The notes beneath the pieces were generated by a model. The model searched no databases, was not told the origin of the DNA, and was given only the letters and a program-made list of their open reading frames with translations. Position numbers and translations under genes: made by a program. A stretch of DNA of 64,000 nucleotides from an uncultured Planctomycetota bacterium (lineage in GTDB: Bacteria > Planctomycetota > Planctomycetia > Gemmatales > Gemmataceae), in the NCBI GenBank assembly GCA_963849325.1, contig CAWKHF010000001.1, forward strand, positions 64,001 to 128,000, given 5' to 3'. This document shows, in pieces, positions 1 through 11,086 of the stretch (the stretch's first letter is position 1; every line of letters starts with the position of its first letter).

Positions 1-635
1 CCGACCCGCTCCATCTCGCAGAGTAGCCGATGGAATTTGACGCGGCGCAGCAGTTGGCGGTAGCGCTGCGGCGGCTCGTTGCGGATGGTGACGTGCAGGC
101 GCGTGCAGCGGTACAGCACCGCCTGAGCCAGCGCCACGTTGTAGCGCTGCAGCAGACGCTCGGCGCTGATGTCCTTGAAATGGACCAAACGCTGCTCGCT
201 CTTGAGGTCGGCGAAGAGTCCCTGATCGACCGCCTCGGGCGTCAGGGTCAGCTCGTTCGCCGCCTCGCGCAGCACGGCGTCGCGGTCGAACGGCGCCAGT
301 GCGGCGTCTCCGCTAGCGGCAGTTTGTCGCTGCCGCGCCGCCGCCCGAAACACGGCGGCGCGGATCGCCTCGGGCGGATGGCCGGACACCACCTCGAACT
401 CACAGCGGTCCTCGATCAGTTTCGCCAATCCCTGATGAACAAGCTGGCTGGGATCGTCGCCCAGCAGTTCCTCCTGATCCTCCTCCAACTCGCCGCGCGT
501 TCGCCCTTCCTGACCACGAAACAGGGCCAGCAGGCGCTCGGCCGTCTCGCCCCAGCCGGGGTCGTTCGCGTCGAGGTAGCGGGGAATGATCCGATCGCGA
601 GCGTAACGGACGGATACCATTTTGCCGGTGAGCAT
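1..635 (-). CDS. DUF790/Bax1-like nuclease, N-terminal part (runs off window, frameshifted)
   Basis: Manual translation from ATG 635: MLTGKMVSVRYARDRIIPRYLDANDPGW..., resembling a DUF790 N-terminus. Lies downstream of an XPB helicase, its usual partner. Confidence 0.7.
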   Translation of the reverse strand, partial: MLTGKMVSVRYARDRIIPRYLDANDPGWGETAERLLALFRGQEGRTRGELEEDQEELLGDDPSQLVHQGLAKLIEDRCEFEVVSGHPPEAIRAAVFRAAARQRQTAASGDAALAPFDRDAVLREAANELTLTPEAVDQGLFADLKSEQRLVHFKDISAERLLQRYNVALAQAVLYRCTRLHVTIRNEPPQRYRQLLRRVKFHRLLCEMERV

Positions 636-647
636 GACGGGTTTTTC

Positions 648-971
648 TCATTCATCCGGTTCGAGACCGCTTCCCGAGAAGAGGGTAAATTGTAGGACAA
701 AAACAATTCGCCTCGCGGTATCGACCGCATAGGCAACATACAAAGGCATGCAAGCACGCTGGTAAACCTGCAAACCAAGATGGCTCAGGTGGTAGCAAGG
801 ATCTCCCCAGACCAACGGATTCGTCGTTCGTTCGTGATGGATGATCTTCAGCACAGCGAGATATTCTGACTTCCTGCCCAGAGCGGCAGCCCGCTCCGCC
901 CAGGACTTCAGTTGCTTGTGCTGCGCTGCCCTGAGAACAACCTGATAAGAGGCGTCAGAGTTACTTGCCAT
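648..971 (-). CDS. Putative RelE/ParE-like toxin-fold small protein
   Basis: 107 aa. YQVVL start, P..G motif (NPLVWGDP), C-terminal LYVAYAVD..RRIVFVL strands. Overlaps the upstream ORF by 11 nt. Confidence 0.5.
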   Translation of the reverse strand: MASNSDASYQVVLRAAQHKQLKSWAERAAALGRKSEYLAVLKIIHHERTTNPLVWGDPCYHLSHLGLQVYQRACMPLYVAYAVDTARRIVFVLQFTLFSGSGLEPDE

Positions 972-1230
972 CGGGCATTCCTCGCGTGTCCAGATCGCGC
1001 TCTAATTCGGCGATGAATTCGCCCAAGTCGATTCCATTTTCATCCATATCAGCGATCCGTTCCGCCCAAAACATCTCAAGGTGTTGTAAACACCGATCGC
1101 GCTCGGCTGTGATGGTGGCCTTGTCGCGCACGGCAGTCTCAAGTGCTTGCCGCAGTTCGGACACTTCGGCACGAAGGCGACTCACTTCGCTCCGCAACTG
1201 ATCCGCACTGAAATCGACTAATTCCGACAT
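961..1230 (-). CDS. Small acidic coiled-coil protein, putative antitoxin
   Basis: 89 aa with heptad pattern and acidic C-terminus (IDLGEFIAELERDL). GAAGGAG RBS upstream. Confidence 0.5.
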   Translation of the reverse strand: MSELVDFSADQLRSEVSRLRAEVSELRQALETAVRDKATITAERDRCLQHLEMFWAERIADMDENGIDLGEFIAELERDLDTRGMPDGK

Positions 1231-1253
1231 GATACGTCTCCTTCGGGATGAAG

Positions 1254-2630
1254 TTATCGGTAAGCATGATGCTGCCTCCGCCGATCACTGGTGAACTCTT
1301 CGGCGGTGCCGCGCGTCACCACCTCGTAGAGCAGCGCCTGCTTGTCGCCATACTTTCGCAGCAGCCGGCCCAGACGCTGAACGTGCTCGCGGACGGTGCC
1401 GCTGCCGGACAGAATGATGCCGATGTTGGCGGCCGGCACATCGACGCCCTCGTTGAGGACGCGGCTGGTGACAACCGTATTGTACTCTCCCGACTGAAAA
1501 CCCTGCAGGATGTGTCGGCGTTCCTTGACCTTGGTCTGGTGCGTGATGGCCGGCACCAGGTAGCGGCGCGCGATCTGATAGACCGTGGCATTGTCATAGG
1601 TGAAGATGAGCACGCGATCCTGGCGATGGCGGTCCAGCAGCTTGTGCAGGACGTGCAGCTTGGCCGGCGCCGCCAGGGCCAGGCGACGCTGCTCGCGGTA
1701 CGCCTCGAAGGCGGCCCGCCCCTCGCGCGAGCGACACGTCTCCTGGATGAAGCGCTGCCAGCCGTTGGCGCCGCCCAGGCTGATGCCGTGGTCGGTGCAG
1801 AACTGCCGATACTGCTCGCGCGCCTGCCGATAGCGCTGCTCCTCCTCCGGCGACAGCTCGACGTACAGGCGCTCGGCGCGATACTCGGCGAGAAAATCGC
1901 CGGCCAACTCCTTGATCTCGCGGCGGTAAACGATCGGCCCGATCAGCCCTTCGAGAAGGAACTCCTGTCCGTCCTGTCGCTCCGGCGTGGCGGTCAGACC
2001 CAGGCGGAACGGCGCCAGACTGCCGCGCGCGGCCTCCAGGTACGACGGACCGGGCAGATGATGACACTCATCGAAGACGAGCAGGCCGAAACGGCTGCCC
2101 CAACGGTCGAGGTGGATGTGGGCCGAGTCGTAGGTCGTAACTGTCAGTGGTTGGATTTCGTAGTGGCCGCCGCCGATGAGTCCGACCGGCGTGTCGAAGG
2201 CGACGAGCAACTCGCCGTACCACTGGTTGAGCAAGTCGATGGTCGGCGTGATGATCAGCGCCGGTCGGGCCGCCTTGTGGATGGCGAGGACGGCCAGGTG
2301 CGTCTTGCCGGTGCCGGTTGGCAGCACGACGACGCCTCGACCGCCGGCGCCCCACCAGGCTTGCAGTGCCTCGGTCTGGTGGGGAAAGGGATCACGGCTG
2401 GTGCGCAGCGGCCACGGCGTCGGTTGGTAGGCGCGCGCATGGTCCTCGTAGGCGATGCGCTCGCGGCGCAGGTGCTCAACAAGGGGGCGATAGTACACGG
2501 CCTCGGTGCGGTAGACGCCGGAGCGCGGATCTTGCCGGCAGTACGGCATCGCCGCGAGGCGCTCCTCCGGCAATCCCGTGACGACCAGGGTTCCGCCCTC
2601 GAAGGCGAGGTGAAGGGAGTGTTCGCTCAT
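1254..2630 (-). CDS. XPB/Rad25 (SSL2)-type SF2 DNA helicase
   Basis: Motifs PFPHQ, LPTGTGKT, DECHH, GLTATP, LNEGVDVP, QRLGRLLR. Start MSEHSL chosen. Confidence 0.9.
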   Translation of the reverse strand: MSEHSLHLAFEGGTLVVTGLPEERLAAMPYCRQDPRSGVYRTEAVYYRPLVEHLRRERIAYEDHARAYQPTPWPLRTSRDPFPHQTEALQAWWGAGGRGVVVLPTGTGKTHLAVLAIHKAARPALIITPTIDLLNQWYGELLVAFDTPVGLIGGGHYEIQPLTVTTYDSAHIHLDRWGSRFGLLVFDECHHLPGPSYLEAARGSLAPFRLGLTATPERQDGQEFLLEGLIGPIVYRREIKELAGDFLAEYRAERLYVELSPEEEQRYRQAREQYRQFCTDHGISLGGANGWQRFIQETCRSREGRAAFEAYREQRRLALAAPAKLHVLHKLLDRHRQDRVLIFTYDNATVYQIARRYLVPAITHQTKVKERRHILQGFQSGEYNTVVTSRVLNEGVDVPAANIGIILSGSGTVREHVQRLGRLLRKYGDKQALLYEVVTRGTAEEFTSDRRRQHHAYR

Positions 2631-2731
2631 GGTGGTGGATTGTAGGCGGCGACCGGAGCCGCCCGCAAGGGGGTGGTTCGCAGTTGACCTTTCGACCGTA
2701 CAGCTCGTAGAATAGTGCGTATGTACAGCGA

Positions 2732-2761
2732 TTGACAAATAATGCCGTTGTAAGTTACACT
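2732..2761 (+). promoter_or_regulatory. Putative sigma70 promoter
   Basis: TTGACA-N18-TACACT in an AT-rich segment upstream of 2906. Confidence 0.35.
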
Positions 2762-2905
2762 TTACTCCTTTTTTGACAATCAATAGTCATAGAACGGCGC
2801 CCTAGTCAGGGTGGAGAACTTGTGTTCTGAGTCGGAATAGCAAGCACCTGTCTTGCTCCTAGGGAATCGAGGAGGAGGGCCACGATTTTTCGCGGTAGGC
2901 GTGGA

Positions 2906-3094
2906 ATGGCATCGACGCTAGGAGGGGACGATCCTTCCCATGACTTCTCTCCAGAGGATAAAGACAAGGAGGAAAAGCGTCTGAGAGAGCAGGCGAGGAA
3001 ACTGGTCGGAACGGATAAGAGCAAAGAACGGAATAAGAAGCTGAACAGGGCGAACGAAATCTCACGTCAGAAGTCGAAAAAGGCACACCAGTAA
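2906..3094 (+). CDS. Small highly charged hypothetical protein (62 aa)
   Basis: ORF in low-GC islet, ending 10 nt before the next ORF. Confidence 0.45.
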   Translation: MASTLGGDDPSHDFSPEDKDKEEKRLREQARKLVGTDKSKERNKKLNRANEISRQKSKKAHQ

Positions 3095-3104
3095 GGGAGA
3101 TCGG

Positions 3105-3920
3105 GTGATGGCGGCTCCCACGATTCATGTTCGAGCAAAGCCTGCTGACGAAGAACGATACCGAGAGTTGTTGAAATCAGACTGGTCGAAAAACACGGTC
3201 GAAACGACGCTCGCGCTGCTTTGGTCGTTAATTGCGTCTGCCGCTACCCCAGCAAAAGCCGCCTGGCAGAGAGTGCTTGAGTTCGATGAGCAACGTGTAA
3301 CTTCGGCGAGAGCCCTCGACCAGACGATACTCGCCCCCATTAGGCAATATGCTCCTTTCTTCTACAGGAAGCCATTGCCGAGAATGCCATCTGCATTTTC
3401 CGCGAAAAGGACCAATTCAGTGGCAATAGCGGAAAAAACCTGGACTTTCCTCGTAATCCAGATGCTCGCCTCTTTGAAAGGAGATACGGGGATTTTCTGT
3501 GACTCTCAGAGTCTTTTATTTCTCTGCGCCATCGACAGTCTTCTACCGCAACTCAAGAGTCAGAATTTGATGCCGGAACACGACTGTCTCGTCAACGCCA
3601 TGTATCAACATGCCGTCTTCGTCTGGAGGGACCATCCGTCCCACATGTACTACCTACTAAGCGTCCTCATGGATTATTTGGGAGATTCAAGCAAGAAATT
3701 TGAACTGTTGCACCGTTCGTTCAGCCTAACGCCGAAAGAAGATCATTCCTATCTTACAAAGGCCCAGGCGTTATGGTCTGACTTGCTCGATCATCAGCAT
3801 TATCGGTCGGCCATGCAGTTCATACTCTCTGTCGCCAGGGAAGGTCCGCGGGATAACGTCTCCGAGTTGGCGCAGATGCTAATGGAGACCGCGCGTGTAC
3901 AGAGGGGAAATGGGAAGTGA
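3105..3920 (+). CDS. Hypothetical alpha-helical protein (TPR-like C-terminus), atypical codon usage
   Basis: 271-aa ORF with AAGGGAG RBS, visibly lower GC than flanks. Confidence 0.7.
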   Translation: MMAAPTIHVRAKPADEERYRELLKSDWSKNTVETTLALLWSLIASAATPAKAAWQRVLEFDEQRVTSARALDQTILAPIRQYAPFFYRKPLPRMPSAFSAKRTNSVAIAEKTWTFLVIQMLASLKGDTGIFCDSQSLLFLCAIDSLLPQLKSQNLMPEHDCLVNAMYQHAVFVWRDHPSHMYYLLSVLMDYLGDSSKKFELLHRSFSLTPKEDHSYLTKAQALWSDLLDHQHYRSAMQFILSVAREGPRDNVSELAQMLMETARVQRGNGK

Positions 3921-3954
3921 AGTTGGATCATTCTCGAACGCTTAACGAGCAAAC

Positions 3955-6900
3955 CTAGGGAAGCCCGTTGAGACGGGCGTGCAGACGAGGCGACGCCTCT
4001 CCACGCCATCCGCGCACCGGTGAGGGGTCCGACTGGACCTCGCGGGTCAGATAGCGCTGGAGATAGGCGAGGTGCGACTGGTCGCGCGGATAGCGCTGCT
4101 CCGGTCCGTAAGGGTAACGGCGCATGGCCCGGAAGGGCAGAGGCTCGACGGAAGCGCCGTGGGCTGTGGACAGGGCAGTGTCCTTGCAGTAGCCCGCCGT
4201 CCGTAGGACGAAACTGCGCCGCCAGTCCGCCGGCAAGGACGGCAATCGGCCGGCGTCAAACCGCACCGTCAGATCATCGCCAGGCCCAAACACAACGAAG
4301 CGATCATCGCGCCGGCGCAGCAACTCCGTCACGTCGCCGAAGCGCGTCAGTTGCCCCGACTGGCGCACCAGCGGCACATCCTCATGGCGGTCGTAATCGT
4401 ACAGGACTGGCGCCCGGCCATCCGGCGAATGCGATGCGACGACGCGGCCGGATGTCAGGTTCGCCTCGTGAACGTCCAGGCAGACCGCGCGGCCCGCCGG
4501 GGGTGTCGGCCCCTGGAGCGACCGTCCGGCAATCCGCGGCCACGAAAATCTGGTCCCAGTAAATGCGCATGTTCGTCTGTAGACGCAGACGACAGCGCGG
4601 GCCAGTTAGCTGGCCGGTGACGTCGAGCATCGTCATGCGCGGCAGTCCCGCCGGGAAACCCGCCTCGCCCAGCGCGTGCCAGCGGCCCGAATCGTCCTGT
4701 CGCTCCAGGACCGGCCATTGCTCGCCGACGCCGGCCTGACGCGCCGCCCAGCTCGATTCGGGGAACGGATATTCGGTCCAGCCGGCCAGGCACAGGTACA
4801 AGCGCTCGTCCGCCCGCAACGAGGACATTCGATCGCCGAAGTCCAGCTCGACGCCGTGCTCCTCGGCGAAGCCGACCCAGGCGCGCGTGGCTAAATCCGT
4901 AACTGCGTCGCGGTCCCAGTGACGCAGCGTCGCCGTCACGTCGCGGCCACGGTGATCGCGGACGTGGACGGGGTGGACCTCCCGACGGAAGGCGATGAGT
5001 TGCTGGCTGGGCGGCGGCCCGGACGTCACGAAACGCTCGTCGGGATAGACGCGCACGCCCGGCGGCTCATCGAGGACCACCAGTTGCAGGCGGTCGAGGT
5101 AGGTCGTCTCGTCCATCGGCTCGGTGATTTTGAGGACGTACTGACCATCGCGTGTCACCAACTGCCCCGACTCGATCTTGATGGATTCCTCCGGGCGCGG
5201 CGGGCGGCACGTCCCGTCCGGCCCGGTTTCACCGATCGAGCCGGCGCCGAGGAAGTCGTTGATGAAGGTGAAGCGCCGGCCGTCCCAGGCGAACAGGATG
5301 GGACAGGAACCGGGCATGCGATTGCGCTGGAGGATCGGGTGCAAGCGGCCGGCACTCAGTTCCACATCGGAATGCGCAAATGGCTCCGCCTGCAAGGTGC
5401 CGTCCGGCCAGCGCAGACGGAGAACGTCGATGCGAGGATGGCGGCCGATGCCGAACAGCAGTGGTTGCCGCGATTGTGCCGGGCCGGCGCTGAACGTGGT
5501 GTTCTCCTGGCCTGCCCACAGTTCGCCGGCCAGGGCGACGACCCGGGCGCCGACACCGTCGGCGTTGCAGCGCAGCTCATTCTGTCCATCCTTGGCGTTG
5601 CGGCCTTGCAGCCGCACCTGCACGCCGCGATTGCCGTTGCCGCGATTGTCGTAGCGCTGCAATCCCTGGCCCTCGGACCAGACGAACAGGTGAGGAACAC
5701 CATCGCCGTCGCCGGCGCAGACCGTCAGGGCGATGAGATCGCGGGGCCAGTCGGCGTCACGACCGAGCGCTTCGGGCCGAACGACCAGGCGTCCTGCCGC
5801 GTTGTGCAGCAGGACCGGCAAACCGTCCCGGCTCAGACCAACCACGTCCGTCCAGCTATCCAGGTCCAGATCGACGGCCACGGCCTGGCGGAGCGGCGGC
5901 GCGTTGGTCGCCGCCGACTCGAACCACTCACCCACGGATTCCCGGCTCGGCGCGGCGCGATTGTGGAGCAGCCGCGGCCGCTCGGCGGAGGAAAGCAACA
6001 GCAGATCGGATCGTCCGTCGTGATCGACGTCGATTACCAGTGCTCCGTTCCAGCCGGCGGCGGGAGTGAGCTTCTCCGGCAGAGCTTGCCGACGGAATTG
6101 CAGCAAGCGGTCGTTCATGACCACGGCCGGCACGCCTCGGTCTTGCAAAAGGAGATAATCGAGATCGCGATCGCCATCCATGTCGCTGGCTGTCAGTCCC
6201 ACCAGGGAGGCGGACGGACCTTGGAGCGGCGGGAGCGAAGTCTTCTGGAACCGGCACTCCAGCGGCGACACTTTCTGCTCTGGAGAGTTGACCGGCGGCG
6301 CCGCACCCGTGTTCAGGTACACGACCAATCCGCCCGACGGTTCGGCTTTCGTCGCATCCTGGAGGAGCTTGACGGACTCTTTCGCATCGCGGGCGAACTC
6401 ACATAGCAGCAGATCGAGGTCGCTGTCCTGGTCCAGATCGACGAAGGCGGCGCCGAGGCAGACCGACGAGACCTTGTCAAGCGTCGCCCGAGCGGTCACG
6501 TCCTCGAACTTACCTCGGCCGGTGTTGCGAAATAGTTTCTGGACGCCGACGCCGGTCAGGAGCAGGTCGGGCCATTCGTCGTTGTCGAAATCGCCGACGC
6601 AACAGCCGAGCGTCGGCCGTGCCTCCGCCAATCCCGCCTCGGCCGTCACGTCGGTAAAGCCGCCGTCGCCATCGTTATGCAGCAGCAAATCATGCACATG
6701 TCCCTTCTCGAACACGGCGCCGGCCAGGAACAGGTCGGGCTTGCCGTCGCCATCGTAATCGAGGACGGCCAGGGCGGCGCCGAAGCGGGAACGCATCAAT
6801 CGCCGTACTTGACCAACCGCGTCCTCACCCAGGTCCGCCGCCGTCGCCCAGCGCGAACCGGCGGCGAGCTGTACTCTCAGCGACTCGCGGCGCTGGAACA

Positions 6901-7651
6901 GGGGGAGCGGGCCGGTGCGCGCGGAAGCCAGCGGGTCGCCACTGCGACCGACGACTTCGGCATATGGCCCCATCTGGCTGTACTTGAGGTCGGAGACGTT
7001 CTGCCAGTGCGCCTGCGTCAGCGCCTCGTTTTCCTCCATCAGCTTGTTCGCGGCCTTGGGGTCTTTGCGGCGTAAATTCAGGAACAGCCCGTAGAGGGCG
7101 CCGCTCAGGTGCCGGTTCCGTTGCAGCGCCTTTTGGAAGCATTCCGTCTGTTCGTCGCCGCCCGGCGTCTTCAGCGTGCCGAGCCAGTACCAGGAATAGG
7201 CGTCGTCGGGGTCGCGGCGAAGGACCGCTTCAAAATGCTTGACGGCTTCTTGCCCGTCCTTCTGGTACATCAGGAGCAGGCCCAGGCAGAAATGCGCGTG
7301 CGGATTGTCCGGATCGCGTCGCAGCACTTCGTCGAAAGCGGTCTGGCAACGCGGGGCGAGTTCGGCGCGCGTGCTGCTGGCGTTGAGCAGGGCGATGCCG
7401 AGGTTGATGCGACCGGGCAGCCAGTCGGGGGCCAGATGCACGACCTGCTCGAACGGGGGGATGGCCTCTTCGTAGGCGTATCCTTCCAGGACGGCGATCG
7501 CGTGATTGTTGGCCTCGTAGACGGACTCCCAGTCCACGGAGCGACGCAGCCACCACCACACGCCGACGCCGACGGCAGCCAGAAGAATGACGGCAAGAGC
7601 ACTCCCCAATATCCACGAAAATAGTCGATTCGGAAGGTTTTCCGGACTCAT
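3955..7651 (-). CDS. TPR + FG-GAP/CRTAC1 + ASPIC/UnbV membrane-anchored protein (frameshift near 4400-4470)
   Basis: N-terminal TM, TPRs, repeated DxDxDG.xDL motifs, NADGVGARV and LRWPDG. The C-terminus continues in ORF 3955..4377. Confidence 0.85.
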
Positions 7652-8679
7652 GATCGGTCCTTCGCGGATGAAACCCGCCGTTTGGCGATGGCGATGGCCT
7701 GCTCGTTCCCGTCCACGCTCGGCGGCCGGCCACCCTCGATCCGCCCACCCGGATACACCGGTCGGCCGTAAGCGGGATATGCTTCCATGCGGAGATGTGC
7801 CAGCATGTGATGACCGCGGCGCCTCTGTCGCTCGGCCCGCAGCGCGGCGAGATCAATGGGGCCGACGACGATCTTCTCTCCTGGTCCCGGATCGGCCTGG
7901 CTGAGGATGCGACCGTCGTAATCGACCACCATGCTGCCTCCAGGCCAGGTGAAGGGCGGGTAATGCTCCGCTCGCGCTCCCTGGTTGGACGCCACCACAT
8001 ACGCGAGGTTCTCCAGCGCTCGGCAGCGGTTGACCAGCGTCCACCAGTCCATCGGCGGCGTCGTCCCCCACGGGTCCATGTACGCCGATACGCGGACCAA
8101 CACCTCGGCCCCGCCAAGGGCAAGTTGACGGATCGCCTCCGGAAACAGCCAATCGTAGCAGGTCGCCGCGCCGAGACGACCGATCTCCGTCTCAGCCACC
8201 GGAAACAACGGCCCCTCGTAATCGGGCAGATCGTGCGGGCTGGTGTGGACCTCCCACGGCAGCCACGGATGGACCTTGCGGTAGCGCGTCAACAGTCCCT
8301 CCGGCCCGATCAGGCAGGTCGTGTTGAAGACGTGGCCGGGGTAGCGCTCGTCGCGTTCGAGGAAGCTGCCAGTCTGGATGAAGACGCCGTGCTCGCGAGC
8401 CTTGCGGTGGTAACGGTCGGTGTGCTCGTTGGGAATCGGCACCGCCAGGCGGTCGTGCAGTTCCTCGGCGGTGGGGTAGATCGGCGCGGCGTGGGCGAAC
8501 TCGGGGAAGACGACGAGGCGCACCGGCATGAACGGAGCGTAGCCGAGCACGGCCCGATCGATCATCGTCAACATGTGGTTGACGGCGGAAACGATGCCGT
8601 GACGATCGCGCGGATTGGGCAGGTCGGTCTGGCAGGCCGCGGCGGCGTAACGGATGTCGAGTGCCGGCAGGGACGACAT
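7648..8679 (-). CDS. Carbon-nitrogen hydrolase (nitrilase/amidase family)
   Basis: E-K-C triad motifs VVFPE, YRKVH, TCYDW. 4-nt overlap with the downstream gene. Confidence 0.9.
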   Translation of the reverse strand: MSSLPALDIRYAAAACQTDLPNPRDRHGIVSAVNHMLTMIDRAVLGYAPFMPVRLVVFPEFAHAAPIYPTAEELHDRLAVPIPNEHTDRYHRKAREHGVFIQTGSFLERDERYPGHVFNTTCLIGPEGLLTRYRKVHPWLPWEVHTSPHDLPDYEGPLFPVAETEIGRLGAATCYDWLFPEAIRQLALGGAEVLVRVSAYMDPWGTTPPMDWWTLVNRCRALENLAYVVASNQGARAEHYPPFTWPGGSMVVDYDGRILSQADPGPGEKIVVGPIDLAALRAERQRRRGHHMLAHLRMEAYPAYGRPVYPGGRIEGGRPPSVDGNEQAIAIAKRRVSSAKDRS

Positions 8680-8718
8680 GCCCACGTTCCCTTTTGCGTT
8701 AGAAGGGAGGGAAAAAAA

Positions 8719-8839
8719 AACCACGGATTACACGGATAACACGGATAAAAAAGACAAAGAATAATCAATTAAGTCAGTGTGATTGGCGATCCGTTTTCTT
8801 TCCTGTCTTTTATCCGTGTGATCCGTGTAATCCGTGGTT
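8719..8839. repeat. Inverted repeat with CACGGAT sub-units
   Basis: aaccacggattacacggataacacggataaa ... tttatccgtgtgatccgtgtaatccgtggtt. Confidence 0.85.
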
Positions 8840-8864
8840 GATCTTTTTTCTCTCTACTCGTTGG

Positions 8865-9472
8865 TTATTCGTGTGTCGCGCCGTCGGCCTCCTTGGTGGC
8901 CGCGGCATTGGCGGACTTGAGCTTCTTGACCAGGGCCAGGGTCTTTTCGGGATCCTTCGCGCCGATTTCTCACAGCCCTTGCAGCACAGGAACACCGGCT
9001 GATTCTCGATCAGGATCTTGGCCGGCGCTCCCATCGAGCCGAGACGGCTCTCGGGATCGCCGGCGCAAAACTTCTGCTCTTGGGCCAGCCGGCGGTCGGC
9101 CGGATCGAGTTGCTCCAGCGCCGCCTGAATTTTCAATTCCTCGACGCGGGCCAGCGTCTTGTCGGGGTCTTTCAACGCCGCCTTTTCGCAGCCCTTGCAG
9201 CACAGCCATATCGCCTGGTCCTTCATCGTCACCTTGACCGGCTTGCCCATCGAGCCGAGGCGATTGTCCATCTCGACGGCGCAATACTTCTGCTCCTCGG
9301 CCGACTCGCGGTCGGCCGTATCCAGTTTGGCCAGAGACGCCTTGATGCGGGCTTCCTTGTCCTTCTCCTTGTCCGGCGTCTTGTCTCGCGGCGCGGCGGC
9401 GTTGTCGGCACAGCCGAGCACCAGCAGCGGCAGGATGAGGACCACAATCGCCCAGCGGCGGGATGCCTTCAT
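8865..9472 (-). CDS. Lipoprotein with two YHS/TRASH-like Cys clusters (frameshift near 8960)
   Basis: Lipobox VLGC, then two copies of QKxC...RLGSMGxP...LCCKGCEK. Confidence 0.75.
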
Positions 9473-9610
9473 GAAAGTCGCTCCTTGAGGGACAGAGACG
9501 GGCGATCACTAGAATCACCGCATGGATACTAGCAGAGAAACGCCGAGTAGGTCCAACTTTTTCGGCGCATGTCCTATGCTTCCGAGGGAAGAGCAGCAGC
9601 GAGGGCCGCC

Positions 9611-10339
9611 ATGATCCAGGTCGAGAACCTCATGAAGTCGTTCCGGGACTTGCGGCGCGGCCTGGTGCATGCCGTCGATGGCGTCAGCTTCGAGGCACGG
9701 CCGGGCGAGGTATTCGGCCTGCTCGGCCCCAACGGCGCCGGCAAGACGACCACCATGCGCATCCTGTGTACCGTGCTGCGGCCAACGGGCGGATCGGCAC
9801 GGGTGGCCGGCTACGACGTGGCCACGCAGCCGGCCCTGGTGCGCCAGCACATCGGCTTTTTGTCGGCCAATACCGCCATCTACGACCGCATGTCCGCCCG
9901 CGAACTGGTCGAATACTTCGGCCGCCTTCACGGCATGGACGAAGAACAGCTCCGTCAGCGGCTGGAGACAGTCTTCACCGCGTCTGCACATGAACGACTT
10001 CCGCGACACGCTCGGGGCCAAGATGAGCACGGGCATGCGGCAAAAAGTGTCGATCGCCCGAGCCATCATCCACGATCCGCCGGTGCTGATCTTCGACGAG
10101 CCGACGGCGGGACTGGACGTGCTCGTCGCTCGCTCCGTCCTCGACACGATCCAGCAGCTGCGTGCGCTGGGCAAGTGCATCCTGTTCTCGACCCACATCA
10201 TGCGCGAGGTGGAGCGATTGTGCGACCGGGTGGCCATCGTCAGCCGGGGGCGCGTGCAGGCGTGCGGGACGCTGGCGGAGCTGCGCAGCGCCACGGACAG
10301 AACGACCTCGAAGAGTTGTTCTTCCAGCTGGTGTCGTGA
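9611..10339 (+). CDS. ABC transporter ATP-binding subunit, NatA-like (frameshifted)
   Basis: [24 protein letters not shown] and STHIM across two frames. Confidence 0.9.
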   Translation: MIQVENLMKSFRDLRRGLVHAVDGVSFEARPGEVFGLLGPNGAGKTTTMRILCTVLRPTGGSARVAGYDVATQPALVRQHIGFLSANTAIYDRMSARELVEYFGRLHGMDEEQLRQRLETVFTASAHERLPRHARGQDEHGHAAKSVDRPSHHPRSAGADLRRADGGTGRARRSLRPRHDPAAACAGQVHPVLDPHHARGGAIVRPGGHRQPGARAGVRDAGGAAQRHGQNDLEELFFQLVS

Positions 10340-10351
10340 GGCGGAGTTGCC

Positions 10352-10398
10352 CAAGCCGCTTGCGGCTTAGCGGCGAACACGAAGCCGCAAGCGGCTTG
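10352..10398. repeat. REP-like palindrome between convergent genes, possible terminator
   Basis: caagccgcttgcggctt ... aagccgcaagcggcttg, a 17-bp perfect stem. Confidence 0.8.
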
Positions 10399-10412
10399 TG
10401 GCACACCGACTC

Positions 10413-11086
10413 TTACAGGGCCTTCCTGCCGTTGAAGCCGCCCATGCCTTTGCCGGCGAAGCCGCCCATGCCCATGCCGCCCATCATCATGCCGCCCATG
10501 CCCATCATGCCGCCCATGCCGCCCATGCCCATCATGCTGCCCATCATGCCGCCCATCATGGACATTCCGCCCATCATCATTCCCATCATCCCGCCCCTCA
10601 TTCCCATCATGCCCATGCCGCCCATGCCCATCATGGACATGCCGCCCATCATGGACATGCCGCCCATCATCATACCGCCCATCATGGACATGCCGCCCAT
10701 CATCATACCGCCCATCATGGACATGCCGCCCATGCCCATCATGCCGCCCATCATGCCCATGCCGCCGCCCATCATGCCCATGCCGCCCATCATGCCGCCG
10801 CGCATGCCCATCATGCCGCCGCCCATCATGCCCATCATGCCGCCGCCCATCATGCCCATGCCGCCGCCCATCATACTCCCGAGTCCGCCCATGCCGCCGC
10901 CGATGCCGCCGCTGGCGAAGCCGCCCGTCGAGTCGCTCATGGCGTTATTCATCGGCGGCATCATCGGAATCGGAGGCATGGTGCCGCGGAACTGGGCCTC
11001 CAACAGGTTTGGGCGGAGAAGCAGAGAAAGGACAAGGACTAGACGAGAATGTAACCGACCTTCGCAGCCCGAGCGAGTGAGAACAT
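10413..11086 (-). CDS. Secreted Met/Gly-rich low-complexity protein, copy 1
   Basis: GGAGGG RBS and ATG at 11086 (an indel is needed in the signal region). Hydrophobic stretch, LEA|QFRG, GGM/GMM repeats, tail GGFAGKGMGGFNGRKAL. Confidence 0.8.

Noticed and set aside
1248-2645. Long opposite-strand ORFs (also 4919..6406, 39187..41634, 47102..48352, 61115..63748)
   Set aside because: High-GC antisense shadows of motif-supported genes.
10413-10430. Tail ...FN-G-RK as an amidation signal processed by the NHL (PAL-like) protein at 32702
   Set aside because: The genes are 20 kb apart, no monooxygenase or convertase is seen, and NHL propellers are common in planctomycetes.
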